Below are positions 28,464-38,624 of a stretch of 64,000 nucleotides of DNA, one piece after another. The position numbers were made by a program, and so were the translations under genes. The notes under the pieces were generated by a model that made no database searches, was not told the origin of the DNA, and saw only the letters and a program-made list of their open reading frames with translations. Each line of letters opens with the position of its first letter. The stretch's first letter is position 1. Source of the DNA: a virus (Duplodnaviria > Heunggongvirae > Uroviricota > Caudoviricetes); IMG/VR virus record IMGVR_UViG_3300020049_016248, one strand, 5' to 3'.

Positions 28464-29296
28464 TGTCTTTAAGAAAGAGAGCGCGTAACGGTTACCCTCA
28501 AGTAACTTCTACTTACAATGAAACAAGTGATTTAAACCCATCACATTTACCTAATCAAAACGGTGATTTCATTTTAAGAGATATTACTTTAGAGAATATT
28601 GACCAAGCAGTTTGGGAAACTTTTAATAGAAGATTTACTGTTGCAGAAAAATCTTTAAATTTAATTCCTTTAGATGCTGATGTTGCTGCGTTTAAATTTC
28701 AAAACCCAGGACAGTTTGATGATAGTACTGGTTATATGAATTTTCCTTATTTTACTATGTGGAGAACAGGAGTAGGTCCTGAGAATAATATTCGTTCATC
28801 TCCATCTAATAAACCTATTATATATACTATTCCAAAGCAAAAAGCTCAAGGAGTTGTATATGAAGAATATATTATGCCTGCTCCACAATTATTAAGAGCT
28901 ACGTATACTTTTAAATTTGTTACAACTTATAGAGAGCATACAAATCAATTTGAACAACATATGTTAGATTATTTTAAAAATAAAAGAAATCTAATTGTTG
29001 TTGATAATGAAAGATTTGAAATGATGCCAGTAACATCAGCTCAACCTTCTAGTTTAGATGTAGCAGATAGAGATGGTTCAAAAGGTTATTCTTTATATAT
29101 TTTGACTTATGAATTAGCAGTGATTTGTTATTTAAGAGATTCAAATCAGGTTCAAAAAAGAGAAAGACCTAATACGTATACATTACAAATCACAGAGAGT
29201 TCTGGTCCACAAGTAAACGAAATAGTTCAAGCAACATTATCTAGGGGTGTTCAACCTACATTAGATAATACTTCTACTGACTTCATACAAGAGTAA
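28463..29296 (+). CDS. tail terminator / sheath stabilizer (gp15-like)
   Basis: ITLENIDQAV, FPYFTMWRTG, YEEYIMPAP; directly before sheath. Confidence 0.65.
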   Translation: MSLRKRARNGYPQVTSTYNETSDLNPSHLPNQNGDFILRDITLENIDQAVWETFNRRFTVAEKSLNLIPLDADVAAFKFQNPGQFDDSTGYMNFPYFTMWRTGVGPENNIRSSPSNKPIIYTIPKQKAQGVVYEEYIMPAPQLLRATYTFKFVTTYREHTNQFEQHMLDYFKNKRNLIVVDNERFEMMPVTSAQPSSLDVADRDGSKGYSLYILTYELAVICYLRDSNQVQKRERPNTYTLQITESSGPQVNEIVQATLSRGVQPTLDNTSTDFIQE

Positions 29297-29400
29297 ATAA
29301 ATATCTTAATTATTTCTGGTTTAAAAAGATTCTTAAAAGATAAATTTACTTTTAAGAATTACAGACTATTTATTATAAACTAATAAAATATATAAAAACA

Positions 29401-32229
29401 ATGGCTTTAAATAAGATCAGTAAAATTAGCTCTGGGATATATTACCAAGAGGTTGATTTGACAGTAGTTCAACAAGCTGCTGGTACTTTCGCTGGTGCAA
29501 TGTTAGGATTAACAGAAAAAGGTCCTGCATTTCAAATCTTAACTTCTACTAGTTTCACAGAACGCGTAACTAGATTTGGGGATCTAAATCCTTTATACCC
29601 TAGTTCATATTATGCTAGAGAATTTCTAGAACAAGCAAACAATTATAAAGAAGTAAGAATTTTAGGTTTAGAAGGTTATAACGAAAAACCAGGTGATGAA
29701 CCAGGAGTAGATTCAGGTAATGATAAATGCTTTGCAATCATTTATAATACAGGTTCTGTTTCTGCAAGAACACCATTAGGGGTAGGTGGAACAACACCTG
29801 TTACTGCTTCACCAGAAACTATTGCAGCAATTTTAAAACCTAGAAGACAAGCTTTTACAGGTTATGGTATTGTTGATTATGTAGAGATTACAACAATTCT
29901 ACAAAGAGACGGTGTAACAACTGATGCTACAGATGATTTGTTTAATGTACATATTGTATTCGAAACAGGCCCTGTGACATATGCAGATTTAAACATCCCT
30001 TGTTCATTAAGACCAGAAGCAAAAGAATATATTGGAAAAGTATTCGGTTACGATCCAAGAGATACAACAAAAGTTCAAGGTGTTGTATCACCATTATGGG
30101 TTGAGTTTTCTTACCCTTCTAAAACAAGAAAAAGCACTGCATCAGGTGATTCAGAATATTATTACCCTGGAGATACTTCACCACAATTAAGTGGATTTTT
30201 AAGTGTCTTGATAGGAGATATGACAGTACAAACTGGATTTACTTATACATCTGTTACTCCATCTAACATTACTGTTGGAGCAACAACAACAGTAACTGCA
30301 GCAGGTCATGGTTATGTAAATGGAACACCAATTGTTTTCACTGGAACAAGTTTACCAGTAGCAAACGTTTCTGGTGTTACTTCATTAGATAACACTACTT
30401 GGTATGTAGGAGGTGTATCAGGTGCAAACTTTAACGTTTACACAGATGCTACATTAACAACATTAGTTGATACAACAAGTGGAGTATACGTAGCAGGAAC
30501 AGTTCGTAAAGCATTTATCTCAACTTGGGAAGATGAAGTTATGACATTAGGTGGAATTGATGGTGATGAAGTAGAGTTTCAAACTCCAATTTCTCCATGG
30601 TTAGTTTCAGACGCTGATGCAAACGGTGATGTAAAAAGATTATTTAGAATTTGGTCTATTTCTGACGGTGAAGCAGCTAATACAGAAATTAAAATAGAAT
30701 TATCTAACATTAACCCTGATGGAAATATTGGATTAGGTTCATTTGACATTAAAGTAAGAGCTTATTCTGATAGAGAAGATACAGGAACACAAATTGTAGA
30801 AGTTTATTCAAACTTAACAATGAATCCTGCATCTGATAATTACGTTTTAAGAAGAATTGGTGATGGTGAAACATTCCCTTTAAAATCTAGATATATTTTC
30901 GTTGAATTAAACGAAGAAGATACAATACCAAATGATGTATTACCATACGGTGTTGAAGGATATATTGGTACAACAGGAATTGTAACACCAGATGTAGTTT
31001 GGACAAATCAATATGATTTAACTAAACCATTATCTAAACAAATTTTAGGTTTACCTAATAATAGAACAAACATGTTTGCTGAATTACAATCAGACATGTT
31101 ATCTTATAAAAACGTAGTAGAATTATCTGCTGCAACAGGTAAAGGTTTCCATTTAAACCCTAATAACAATACAAATATTTCAACAGCATTGTTTACATTA
31201 TGTGATACAGATCCATTATCTGCAGATTCTATTTATAGAACATCACCAACAAATGCAACACCAGTTACAGGTTTAACTAAAGTAGCTCGTAATAAGTTTG
31301 TATTTGCATTAGCAGGTGGTTTTGATGCATTTAATGTATATCAAGCAAGAGATTGGGGAACATCTACATCAAAAGACTTTGAAGCTTTACAAAGAGGTTT
31401 AGAAATTTTATCTGACGCAGAGAGTTTAGATGCTGATTTTTCAGTATTAGTTACTCCAGATTTTAACTTCCAAGATCATTCATTAGCTGTTGAAACAACT
31501 TTAGAAATGGTTGAAGGTAGAGGTGACGCTTTATATTTACCAGACTTTAGATATGAATTAGATCCAATTCCAGATAATGCTAAATTAGATTTAGAAAATT
31601 CTAATATCTTATCTAATTACGATGCGATTTATTACCCTTGGGTTCAAATTGAAGATTCAACAAATAAGGTTAATTTATGGTTACCTCCTTCATTAATTGC
31701 TTTAGCAACAATTGCTGCAACAGCTACAAATGAAAATGTATGGCAACCACCAGCAGGTTCTTTAAGAACAATTACTCAACATTTAGTTAGAACTCGTAAG
31801 AGAATGAAATTAAATGATAGAGAAATTTTAAAATCTGCTAATATTAATCCTATAACAGAGTTTCCAGGTTCAGGTTTTGAAATCACAGAAACAAGAACAA
31901 CTCAAGAAGTGTTTTCAGCATTATCTTTTGTTCATAATAGATTATTATTAAACTATGCTAAAAAAGCTTTAAATCAAGTATTGAGACCATTGTTACATCA
32001 ACTTAATACTCCAAATTTAAGAAATGCTTTCGTTAACGCAGTGAATCCAATTTTTGATAGAATCAAAAAATTAAACGGAGTTGAAGAGTTTAAAGTATCT
32101 GTTATCGATCAAGAAAATGACAGAACAACTTTATATGGAGTTATCGAAATTGTTCCTCTATATCCAGTAGAACGTATTTCAGTAACATTTACTTTACGTA
32201 ATGGAACACTTGATTTTAATAATCAATAA
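29401..32229 (+). CDS. gp18: tail sheath protein (gp18-like)
   Basis: SSGIYYQEVDL, GLTEKGPAF, YYPWV, LPPS, W.PPAG..R, INPI, NRLL. Confidence 0.95.
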   Translation: MALNKISKISSGIYYQEVDLTVVQQAAGTFAGAMLGLTEKGPAFQILTSTSFTERVTRFGDLNPLYPSSYYAREFLEQANNYKEVRILGLEGYNEKPGDEPGVDSGNDKCFAIIYNTGSVSARTPLGVGGTTPVTASPETIAAILKPRRQAFTGYGIVDYVEITTILQRDGVTTDATDDLFNVHIVFETGPVTYADLNIPCSLRPEAKEYIGKVFGYDPRDTTKVQGVVSPLWVEFSYPSKTRKSTASGDSEYYYPGDTSPQLSGFLSVLIGDMTVQTGFTYTSVTPSNITVGATTTVTAAGHGYVNGTPIVFTGTSLPVANVSGVTSLDNTTWYVGGVSGANFNVYTDATLTTLVDTTSGVYVAGTVRKAFISTWEDEVMTLGGIDGDEVEFQTPISPWLVSDADANGDVKRLFRIWSISDGEAANTEIKIELSNINPDGNIGLGSFDIKVRAYSDREDTGTQIVEVYSNLTMNPASDNYVLRRIGDGETFPLKSRYIFVELNEEDTIPNDVLPYGVEGYIGTTGIVTPDVVWTNQYDLTKPLSKQILGLPNNRTNMFAELQSDMLSYKNVVELSAATGKGFHLNPNNNTNISTALFTLCDTDPLSADSIYRTSPTNATPVTGLTKVARNKFVFALAGGFDAFNVYQARDWGTSTSKDFEALQRGLEILSDAESLDADFSVLVTPDFNFQDHSLAVETTLEMVEGRGDALYLPDFRYELDPIPDNAKLDLENSNILSNYDAIYYPWVQIEDSTNKVNLWLPPSLIALATIAATATNENVWQPPAGSLRTITQHLVRTRKRMKLNDREILKSANINPITEFPGSGFEITETRTTQEVFSALSFVHNRLLLNYAKKALNQVLRPLLHQLNTPNLRNAFVNAVNPIFDRIKKLNGVEEFKVSVIDQENDRTTLYGVIEIVPLYPVERISVTFTLRNGTLDFNNQ

Positions 32230-32246
32230 GTATAATTTACAGTAAT

Positions 32247-32281
32247 AAAAAAGGATAGGTGTAAAAATCTATCCTTTTTTT
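32247..32281 (+). terminator. terminator after sheath
   Basis: AAAAAAGGATAG..CTATCCTTTTTTT. Confidence 0.8.
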
Positions 32282-32351
32282 ATGTAAAAAGTTTTGTTTA
32301 ATTTTAATTACAAACTTCTATTTATATAAAAGAATCTATTTAAAAGATATA

Positions 32352-32627
32352 ATGAGTAAAGAAAAGAAAATTGAAAAAGTTTTAAATAAAACTTTCTTAA
32401 AAGAAGTTGAAGCTCCTGCATCTGAAAGATCAAAAGAAGTGTTTGATTTGTTAGATGAAGCGAGAAAAGCTTTACAAGACGCTCAAGCTAATATATATAT
32501 TCAAATGCCTAATATGTATCAACAAGCATATAAAGCAGAATTAGATTCAATTTATAATCATTGCGGTCAAGCAATAGCTGAAATTCAAGTTTTAGCTAAA
32601 AAAATCCATGGAGAAACTGGACAGTAA
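32352..32627 (+). CDS. late hypothetical protein
   Basis: two CTATTTA motifs upstream; FLKEV site. Confidence 0.6.
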   Translation: MSKEKKIEKVLNKTFLKEVEAPASERSKEVFDLLDEARKALQDAQANIYIQMPNMYQQAYKAELDSIYNHCGQAIAEIQVLAKKIHGETGQ

Positions 32628-32630
32628 GAA

Positions 32631-34043
32631 ATGGAAAAAGTATATTATTTTGAATATTACCCTTCTAGGGGTGATACTTTTAAAACAGCTGTGGTTTTAA
32701 CACTTGAAAGTTTGCAAGCTTTACGGAAAGCTCATGCAACTGACGATGAGTTGTTTGGTGAATTGGTAAGAAAACTAGAAACTAAAACAAAACAAACAAT
32801 ATGGTTTATATCAGAGATTCTTACTGATGAACCAAAATTAATTTCTAAACTGAAAAGTAAAAAGACTATTGGTGATATGACAGAAGAAGGAAGTTGGGCA
32901 ATGTCTTTAGTTAGTATGAAAGATGCTAAAAACAAAGTAAAAGAAATAGAGTTAGATTTAGACGAAGCAGTGGTAAAAAAAGCACCTACAAGTTTAGGTT
33001 TAATGACTGAAGAGTATAGGGATTTAAAAGATAATCTTTGGATTTTAAAAACAGCTATAAAAAAAGAACCAAATACAAAAAGGGGGAAAGAAGCAAAAGA
33101 AATTTTGAAAGCATATAAGTTTAATGAGTTTGATAAAGAAGAATATGATAACAAAGTTGAATATTTGGACAATGCAGTAGAAGAATGGATGGATTATTAT
33201 AATTGGAAAGAAGTCCCTTATCAAACAGAAAACAGTAATAAAATAAAAGAATCAGTTAAAAGTAAACTTAAAGAGTCAAGACCTAGCGCTATGAGTTTAG
33301 AAGAAATCACTTCTATAATTGGAGAAATGAATAATACAATAAGTGGTCCTAGTGAAGAGGGTAAACCTGGTGTTTGTATTGTTTACAGTTTTGAAAAAGA
33401 ACAATTAGATAAATTATGTTCAAAATATGGAATTGAATATGAAATAATTGAAAAATTCGTTGACGGTAACGGTGATGAATGTTTAGAAGTTCGAGAAAAA
33501 CAATTAAAAGAAAATAAAAATATAATGTCAAAGAAAAAACAAATAGAATTACTTGAAGGTGAAATTGAAAAACTAGCAGGTAAAAAAGTAAAATTAGTAG
33601 AATCTTCAATTGAATGTTCTTGTAAAAAAGATAAATTGACAGAAGCTAAAAAAGATAAAGAAGAAAAGGAAGAAGAAGAGGTTGAAGTAGAAGATACAGC
33701 AGTAGCAAAATCAGATGAAGCAGCGTTAAAAGCAGCTACAGAAGATGCTTCTGAACCAATCTTAGGTAATATTATTCCTGCTTCTGTTATTAAAGAAATT
33801 GACGCTTATGTTACAAATACATTAGCAGAGATTGATAAAGCAACAACTCAATTGAGAGCTATAAAAAAACAAATTACATCTGGTGCAACTGCATCTAATG
33901 AAGATTTTTCTACATTAACAGATAGAATTGCTTTCTTAGTAAAACAATTATCTCGTATTGCTCTTTATTCGTCTAATACTATTAAAGCTGGAAAGTTTGA
34001 TAAAACTTTGTTAGATAAAATTTTCGAACAAAAAGAACTTTAA
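32631..34043 (+). CDS. modular putative internal head protein with GKKV motif
   Basis: EKLAGKKVKLVES; LxE sites (LDEA, IKES, LKES, LKEN, LTEA) separate the modules. Confidence 0.6.
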   Translation: MEKVYYFEYYPSRGDTFKTAVVLTLESLQALRKAHATDDELFGELVRKLETKTKQTIWFISEILTDEPKLISKLKSKKTIGDMTEEGSWAMSLVSMKDAKNKVKEIELDLDEAVVKKAPTSLGLMTEEYRDLKDNLWILKTAIKKEPNTKRGKEAKEILKAYKFNEFDKEEYDNKVEYLDNAVEEWMDYYNWKEVPYQTENSNKIKESVKSKLKESRPSAMSLEEITSIIGEMNNTISGPSEEGKPGVCIVYSFEKEQLDKLCSKYGIEYEIIEKFVDGNGDECLEVREKQLKENKNIMSKKKQIELLEGEIEKLAGKKVKLVESSIECSCKKDKLTEAKKDKEEKEEEEVEVEDTAVAKSDEAALKAATEDASEPILGNIIPASVIKEIDAYVTNTLAEIDKATTQLRAIKKQITSGATASNEDFSTLTDRIAFLVKQLSRIALYSSNTIKAGKFDKTLLDKIFEQKEL

Positions 34044-34131
34044 TCTGATTAAAGTAATGTACAAAACAAATAAATTAATCGAAAAGTTAGAAAACTAGTT
34101 AATAAAAGAAACTGAAAAAGGAATTAGGTTA

Positions 34132-35073
34132 ATGTTTAGATATGTTGTAGGAATAGATAGAGGTGGAGTAACTGTAGATAGTTCTTCTAAAATATCTAAA
34201 GAAGAAATGTTACTTGAAGTAAAAGAAATAAGTGAAGAGTTTGATTATGGAATTTATTTTTTTCAAAAAGTTAACGTTTACACTGTTTTAGGGGATGAGT
34301 ACACAATAGTATATTCTCCAGTTGAAATTAACACAGGTAAAATTTTAAATTATGCACAAAACTCTGATGATGGTGTTTATGTTTCATTACAAAAGTTAAC
34401 TTCTTTAATAAAGGAAAGTAGCAACAAAGTAGATAAATTAATCGAAAAGTTAGAAAAACTAACTGGTAAAAAGGTTAAGTTAAAAGAAGCTTCATCTTCT
34501 ACAAAGTTTGAATTAACTAGTAAAGGAAAATCTTTAGTTGCTGATTATAAACAACTACATAGTGCATTAGTTAGATTAGGTGTTGAGGATGATTTTGAAT
34601 TAGGTGATGATGCTATGGATGCACAAACAGTATATGGTGCAGCTGTAGTTTTAAAAGATATAAATTCTTTAAAACCTTATTTTACTTTAGATGAAATAAT
34701 TGATATAGAAGGTGATGAAGAGTTTGTTGAAAAGACTTTGATTCCTTTATATCTAAGAAGAGGATATATTAAACAAGTAACGACAGAAAATGTAAAGTTG
34801 ACTGAAGTTGCAAAAACGTTTAAAAAAGACATTGGATTGAGTACATCGTTTGACGAATTCAGAGAAATAGATTCCTTGTTAAGAAAAGCTGGTTTTAAAG
34901 CATCAACGATAGAAGATACAGTTCGCGGAATTGTTGACGAAACTTTAGATTATTATTGGTGGATTGCTAGAGGTGATGATATGCCTCATGGTATTACAAT
35001 CAATAACCCTAAAATTTTTAAAACTAAAATGTATAACGCTTTATTAGACTATCAAGGTGAAAGCGAATATTAA
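34132..35073 (+). CDS. modular putative internal head protein with GKKV motif
   Basis: LIKES..EKLTGKKVKLKEA..LTEV. Confidence 0.6.
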   Translation: MFRYVVGIDRGGVTVDSSSKISKEEMLLEVKEISEEFDYGIYFFQKVNVYTVLGDEYTIVYSPVEINTGKILNYAQNSDDGVYVSLQKLTSLIKESSNKVDKLIEKLEKLTGKKVKLKEASSSTKFELTSKGKSLVADYKQLHSALVRLGVEDDFELGDDAMDAQTVYGAAVVLKDINSLKPYFTLDEIIDIEGDEEFVEKTLIPLYLRRGYIKQVTTENVKLTEVAKTFKKDIGLSTSFDEFREIDSLLRKAGFKASTIEDTVRGIVDETLDYYWWIARGDDMPHGITINNPKIFKTKMYNALLDYQGESEY

Positions 35074-35220
35074 TTAATAGTTTTAACCACTCTTAAAATA
35101 GAATTTTAAGACAGACACTTTTGAGGAAATAAAAAACTTCAAAAGTGTTTCTTTTTTCTATTAGAAACGATAAACCTATAAAATAATTTATATTTATAAT
35201 AAACAATTAAATTTAAGTGA

Positions 35221-35760
35221 ATGTTAAACAACACAAATATAGTAAAGCCATTTAAAACTGGATATGCAAACTCAGGTCAATTATTTTCTAATATCCCAAA
35301 TCAGTTTGAACCGATAAGAAAAGATTTATGGTCTTTAGAATTTCCAGTTCAAATGGGTATTCCAGAGATTTTGGAAGTGTCTGCGTCAAGACCAAAAATG
35401 ACAAATGCTTCAAAAGAAGTTATGTTTAAAAACTTATCTACTTTTTATAAAGGTAAGACAAAAATGGAACCGATGACAATTGTTTTCAGAGATGCTATCG
35501 GTCCTGCAATTTTCCAAAAACTTTTACAATGGCAAAGAGAACATACAGATTTTGCAACAGGAAAAGGTGGATATGCTGCAACATATAAGAAAACATTAAC
35601 TCTTAACATGGAAGATCCAACTGGAGCAGTAATTCAAAAGTTTTATCTTTATGGATGCTTTATAACTGATTTAGATGGTGGTGAAGTAACAGCAGATTCA
35701 GATGATATTGCTACAATTTCAATAACCATACAGTGCGACTCGTTCGTCCAAGTTTTCTAA
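35221..35760 (+). CDS. gp19: tail tube protein (gp19-like)
   Basis: FEPIRK, SASRP, GKTKMEP, GYAATYKK, DPTGAVI, ISITIQCD. Confidence 0.9.
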   Translation: MLNNTNIVKPFKTGYANSGQLFSNIPNQFEPIRKDLWSLEFPVQMGIPEILEVSASRPKMTNASKEVMFKNLSTFYKGKTKMEPMTIVFRDAIGPAIFQKLLQWQREHTDFATGKGGYAATYKKTLTLNMEDPTGAVIQKFYLYGCFITDLDGGEVTADSDDIATISITIQCDSFVQVF

Positions 35761-35782
35761 AAAGTTACAAAGAGTATACGTT

Positions 35783-35821
35783 AAAAAAAGATTATTAGCA
35801 CAAACTAATAATCTTTTTTTT
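35783..35821 (+). terminator. terminator after tube
   Basis: AAAAAAAGATTATTAG..CTAATAATCTTTTTTTT. Confidence 0.85.
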
Positions 35822-35866
35822 ATTTCACAGTTTTACTGTATATAAACTATTTAAAATAAACTATTT

Positions 35867-36316
35867 ATGACTCGTCTTAAACAATATGTAATTTCACTAT
35901 GTTTTCTTTGTTTTGCTAGTATTTCAATAGCAACACCTAGTAAAGATACAGTTCAAGTAAAAAACAAGTTAGAATTAACGTTTTTCGATGAAAAACAATT
36001 CTTTTCTGATATAGACTGGGGAACATTGCATTGCGAATATCAAGTGTTAAGTGCTTATTTAAAAGATTCTGTACAAATCTTTGTACAAATAGAAAATCAA
36101 ACATTAGAATCGATAGAAACTAAAGCAGCAATAAAAGAAAGTTTAAACTTTATATGTGCTTCATTCACAGGATACACTTATGATGTATATAAGAAAGAAT
36201 CAGAACAAGAAGTGATGTATACAATTGTTTTCAATTTAACAGAAACTCTTGAATTGAATCCAAAGTTAAGTTTTTTTATGAAACAAAATAAAATTTATAA
36301 AATATATTATTATTAA
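35867..36316 (+). CDS. secreted hypothetical protein
   Basis: N-terminal signal peptide. Confidence 0.6.
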   Translation: MTRLKQYVISLCFLCFASISIATPSKDTVQVKNKLELTFFDEKQFFSDIDWGTLHCEYQVLSAYLKDSVQIFVQIENQTLESIETKAAIKESLNFICASFTGYTYDVYKKESEQEVMYTIVFNLTETLELNPKLSFFMKQNKIYKIYYY

Positions 36317-36543
36317 TGGGAAAAGATTATACAAACGGAGATCATAGTTTTAAAAACTGGTTTAAGATTATGTGGAAAAACTTTTATATTCAATTGTTTA
36401 TATTAGCATTAGCTTTTACAATTTACGGGTTTATTGATTTAGAAGGAACCGGTCAATTAGTTTTGATTATTCCTATTTTAGCAATGAGTGTAATAGCATA
36501 TTTTGGTTTTTATAAATTCTGGAAAGAGTTAAGAGGTTTATAG
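36316..36543 (+). CDS. two-TM membrane protein (holin candidate)
   Basis: two hydrophobic helices, 75 aa, in a late operon. Confidence 0.45.
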   Translation: MGKDYTNGDHSFKNWFKIMWKNFYIQLFILALAFTIYGFIDLEGTGQLVLIIPILAMSVIAYFGFYKFWKELRGL

Positions 36544-36559
36544 TTTAATACTCAATATA

Positions 36560-37060
36560 ATGTCAAAGTTTAAATCTTATAAAATTTGGAAAAACTGGCA
36601 TTGGTGTAATATATTATTCCGATTTAGTTTATTATTTGATTGTAGACGTATGGTTAAACAGGTGATATTTAAAAAATCTTGCTTATATACTTTACCTTTC
36701 CCTGATAAGTTAGATATTAATAAACTCTTTGGATTTTCTTACGGGTTACATCATAATAATTCAGCAAGATTTGGTTGGCATTGTGTAGAAGATCATATAG
36801 CTCTTTTTGCTTATTGTTATATAAACGGTAAACGAGAAGAAAAATTTATTACTTTAATTAAACCTGAACAAGAATATAAACTTATGATTAGTGTAAGTAA
36901 TAAAAAATATGTATTTACTGTGTTTGAAGGTAAAAACTTGATTCAACGTACAATAGATAAGCCAAATAACCTATTTAAAATAGGTTATAAATTATGGCCA
37001 TATTTTGGTGGTAATAGAAAAGCACCTCATACAATGGAAATTTTATTAGCAGACGAATAA
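36560..37060 (+). CDS. hypothetical beta-rich phage protein
   Basis: DINKLFGFS..HHNNSARFGW..PYFGGN..APH. Confidence 0.6.
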   Translation: MSKFKSYKIWKNWHWCNILFRFSLLFDCRRMVKQVIFKKSCLYTLPFPDKLDINKLFGFSYGLHHNNSARFGWHCVEDHIALFAYCYINGKREEKFITLIKPEQEYKLMISVSNKKYVFTVFEGKNLIQRTIDKPNNLFKIGYKLWPYFGGNRKAPHTMEILLADE

Positions 37061-37070
37061 AAATTAAATA

Positions 37071-38252
37071 ATGGACAAGAAAAACTTAAAAGAAGCAGTT
37101 GAAAGTGTTGAACAGTTAAAATCTCGTATTTCTTCTTTAGAACAAGCTTATCAAAATCGTAAAGCAGAAGTTGAAGATGATGAATATTGGAAAGATGTTC
37201 CTAGGGGAGCTAAGTTAGCAATATTATCAAAGTTAGATTCTTTGCAAAGAGAATTAGATAGAGCTAAAAAGAAACTAACACGATTAGAAGCTAGTGAAGT
37301 TGTAGTTGAAGACGAATTACCTGGCGGTATAGGTGATGATGCAAAAGTTAGTGACTTTTCACCAGAACAAATTTCAACAGGTTTGAAAGTAGAAATGGAA
37401 CATACTAATGATCCTAAAATAGCTTTAGAAATTGTATTAGATCACTTAACAGAAGATTCAGAATACTATACAAAGTTAGCTACTATTGAGAGTGAACCAG
37501 AAATTGCTTCTTCAGAAATTGTTGCACCAGAAAAAGAAATGAGTATAGACCCTGAACTAGCTCTTAATCAAAGATCACAATTAGAAGCTTTAGTTCAACA
37601 ATTAGAAAATTTTATAATAACTTCAAAAGCTGAAAACACTTTAGCAGATGAATTGAAAGAAGCTTTATCTAAATTAAAAAACGTTGTAGAGATTTTAGAT
37701 AAAGAAAGTTCAGTTTTATTTCAAACTAAAGAAAATGAAGATGATATAGATTATGTTGTAACCAGAGAAGATGAACCTTCTGAGGAAGAACATATAACAT
37801 CCCTTATTGAAGAAGAAGTTGAAGAAGTTATTCTTGAACCAGAAGCAACTAAAATGGTTAAAAGTATTTTAGCTGATATGTTAGCTAATAAAACTCCTTA
37901 TATAACTGATGCAACTACAAAGTTCCCTTATATAGTTGAAGCTGAACCAGGTGATAATGAAGAATCTGTAGAAATCTTATTAGGTTTTAACACAAAAGAA
38001 TATGGTAAACATTTTGACGGTTGGGTTGAATTAAAATATGTGATTGATTACAGTTATACTCCAGCAAGAGCAAGCAATTCAAGAGACATTACACCTGAAG
38101 ATTCAGATTTTGAGTTAAACTCAGTTACAATAGAAAGTATTCAGTTTTATAATGATACTAACAGTGAAAATTATTTCTTATCTTTAGGAGATGTAGAGTT
38201 AAAAACTCTTGCAGAAAAAGTAGGAAATAAAATTATAGATGTTAGTTATTAA
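37071..38252 (+). CDS. DUF5661-containing modular protein
   Basis: GLKVEMEHTNDPKIALEIVLDHLTEDSEYYTKL. Confidence 0.75.
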   Translation: MDKKNLKEAVESVEQLKSRISSLEQAYQNRKAEVEDDEYWKDVPRGAKLAILSKLDSLQRELDRAKKKLTRLEASEVVVEDELPGGIGDDAKVSDFSPEQISTGLKVEMEHTNDPKIALEIVLDHLTEDSEYYTKLATIESEPEIASSEIVAPEKEMSIDPELALNQRSQLEALVQQLENFIITSKAENTLADELKEALSKLKNVVEILDKESSVLFQTKENEDDIDYVVTREDEPSEEEHITSLIEEEVEEVILEPEATKMVKSILADMLANKTPYITDATTKFPYIVEAEPGDNEESVEILLGFNTKEYGKHFDGWVELKYVIDYSYTPARASNSRDITPEDSDFELNSVTIESIQFYNDTNSENYFLSLGDVELKTLAEKVGNKIIDVSY

Positions 38253-38254
38253 TT

Positions 38255-38590
38255 ATGAAAATATATTTGATCAATCAAATCAATACCAATAAGTATAAAA
38301 TTGGTGTTACAAAAAATAATGTTAGTTTAAGGGTTAAACAATTACAAACTGGTAGTAGTGAATCTTTAACAACGATAACAGAATTTGAAACAAATTACGG
38401 TTTTAAGTTAGAATCTGTTTTACATCGACATTACGATTGTAAAAAAACTATTGGAGAATGGTTTGAGTTATCTGAACAAGATATTGCAACGTTTTTAAAA
38501 ACTTGTGAAGCTTATGAGAATAACTTTAAAATTATAGAAGAACAAAACACTTACTATCAAGATAAAGTAAGTAGACAAAAGAAAAGCTAG
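38255..38590 (+). CDS. GIY-YIG / T5orf172-like nuclease
   Basis: IYLI..YKIGVT..RVKQLQTG..E..LH....GEWF. Confidence 0.85.
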   Translation: MKIYLINQINTNKYKIGVTKNNVSLRVKQLQTGSSESLTTITEFETNYGFKLESVLHRHYDCKKTIGEWFELSEQDIATFLKTCEAYENNFKIIEEQNTYYQDKVSRQKKS

Positions 38591-38608
38591 ATATTATCTA
38601 GCTTTTTT
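38582..38608. terminator. bidirectional terminator
   Basis: AAAAGCTAGATA-t-TATCTAGCTTTTTT. Confidence 0.7.
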
Positions 38609-38624
38609 ATTTTTAAATAAATTC

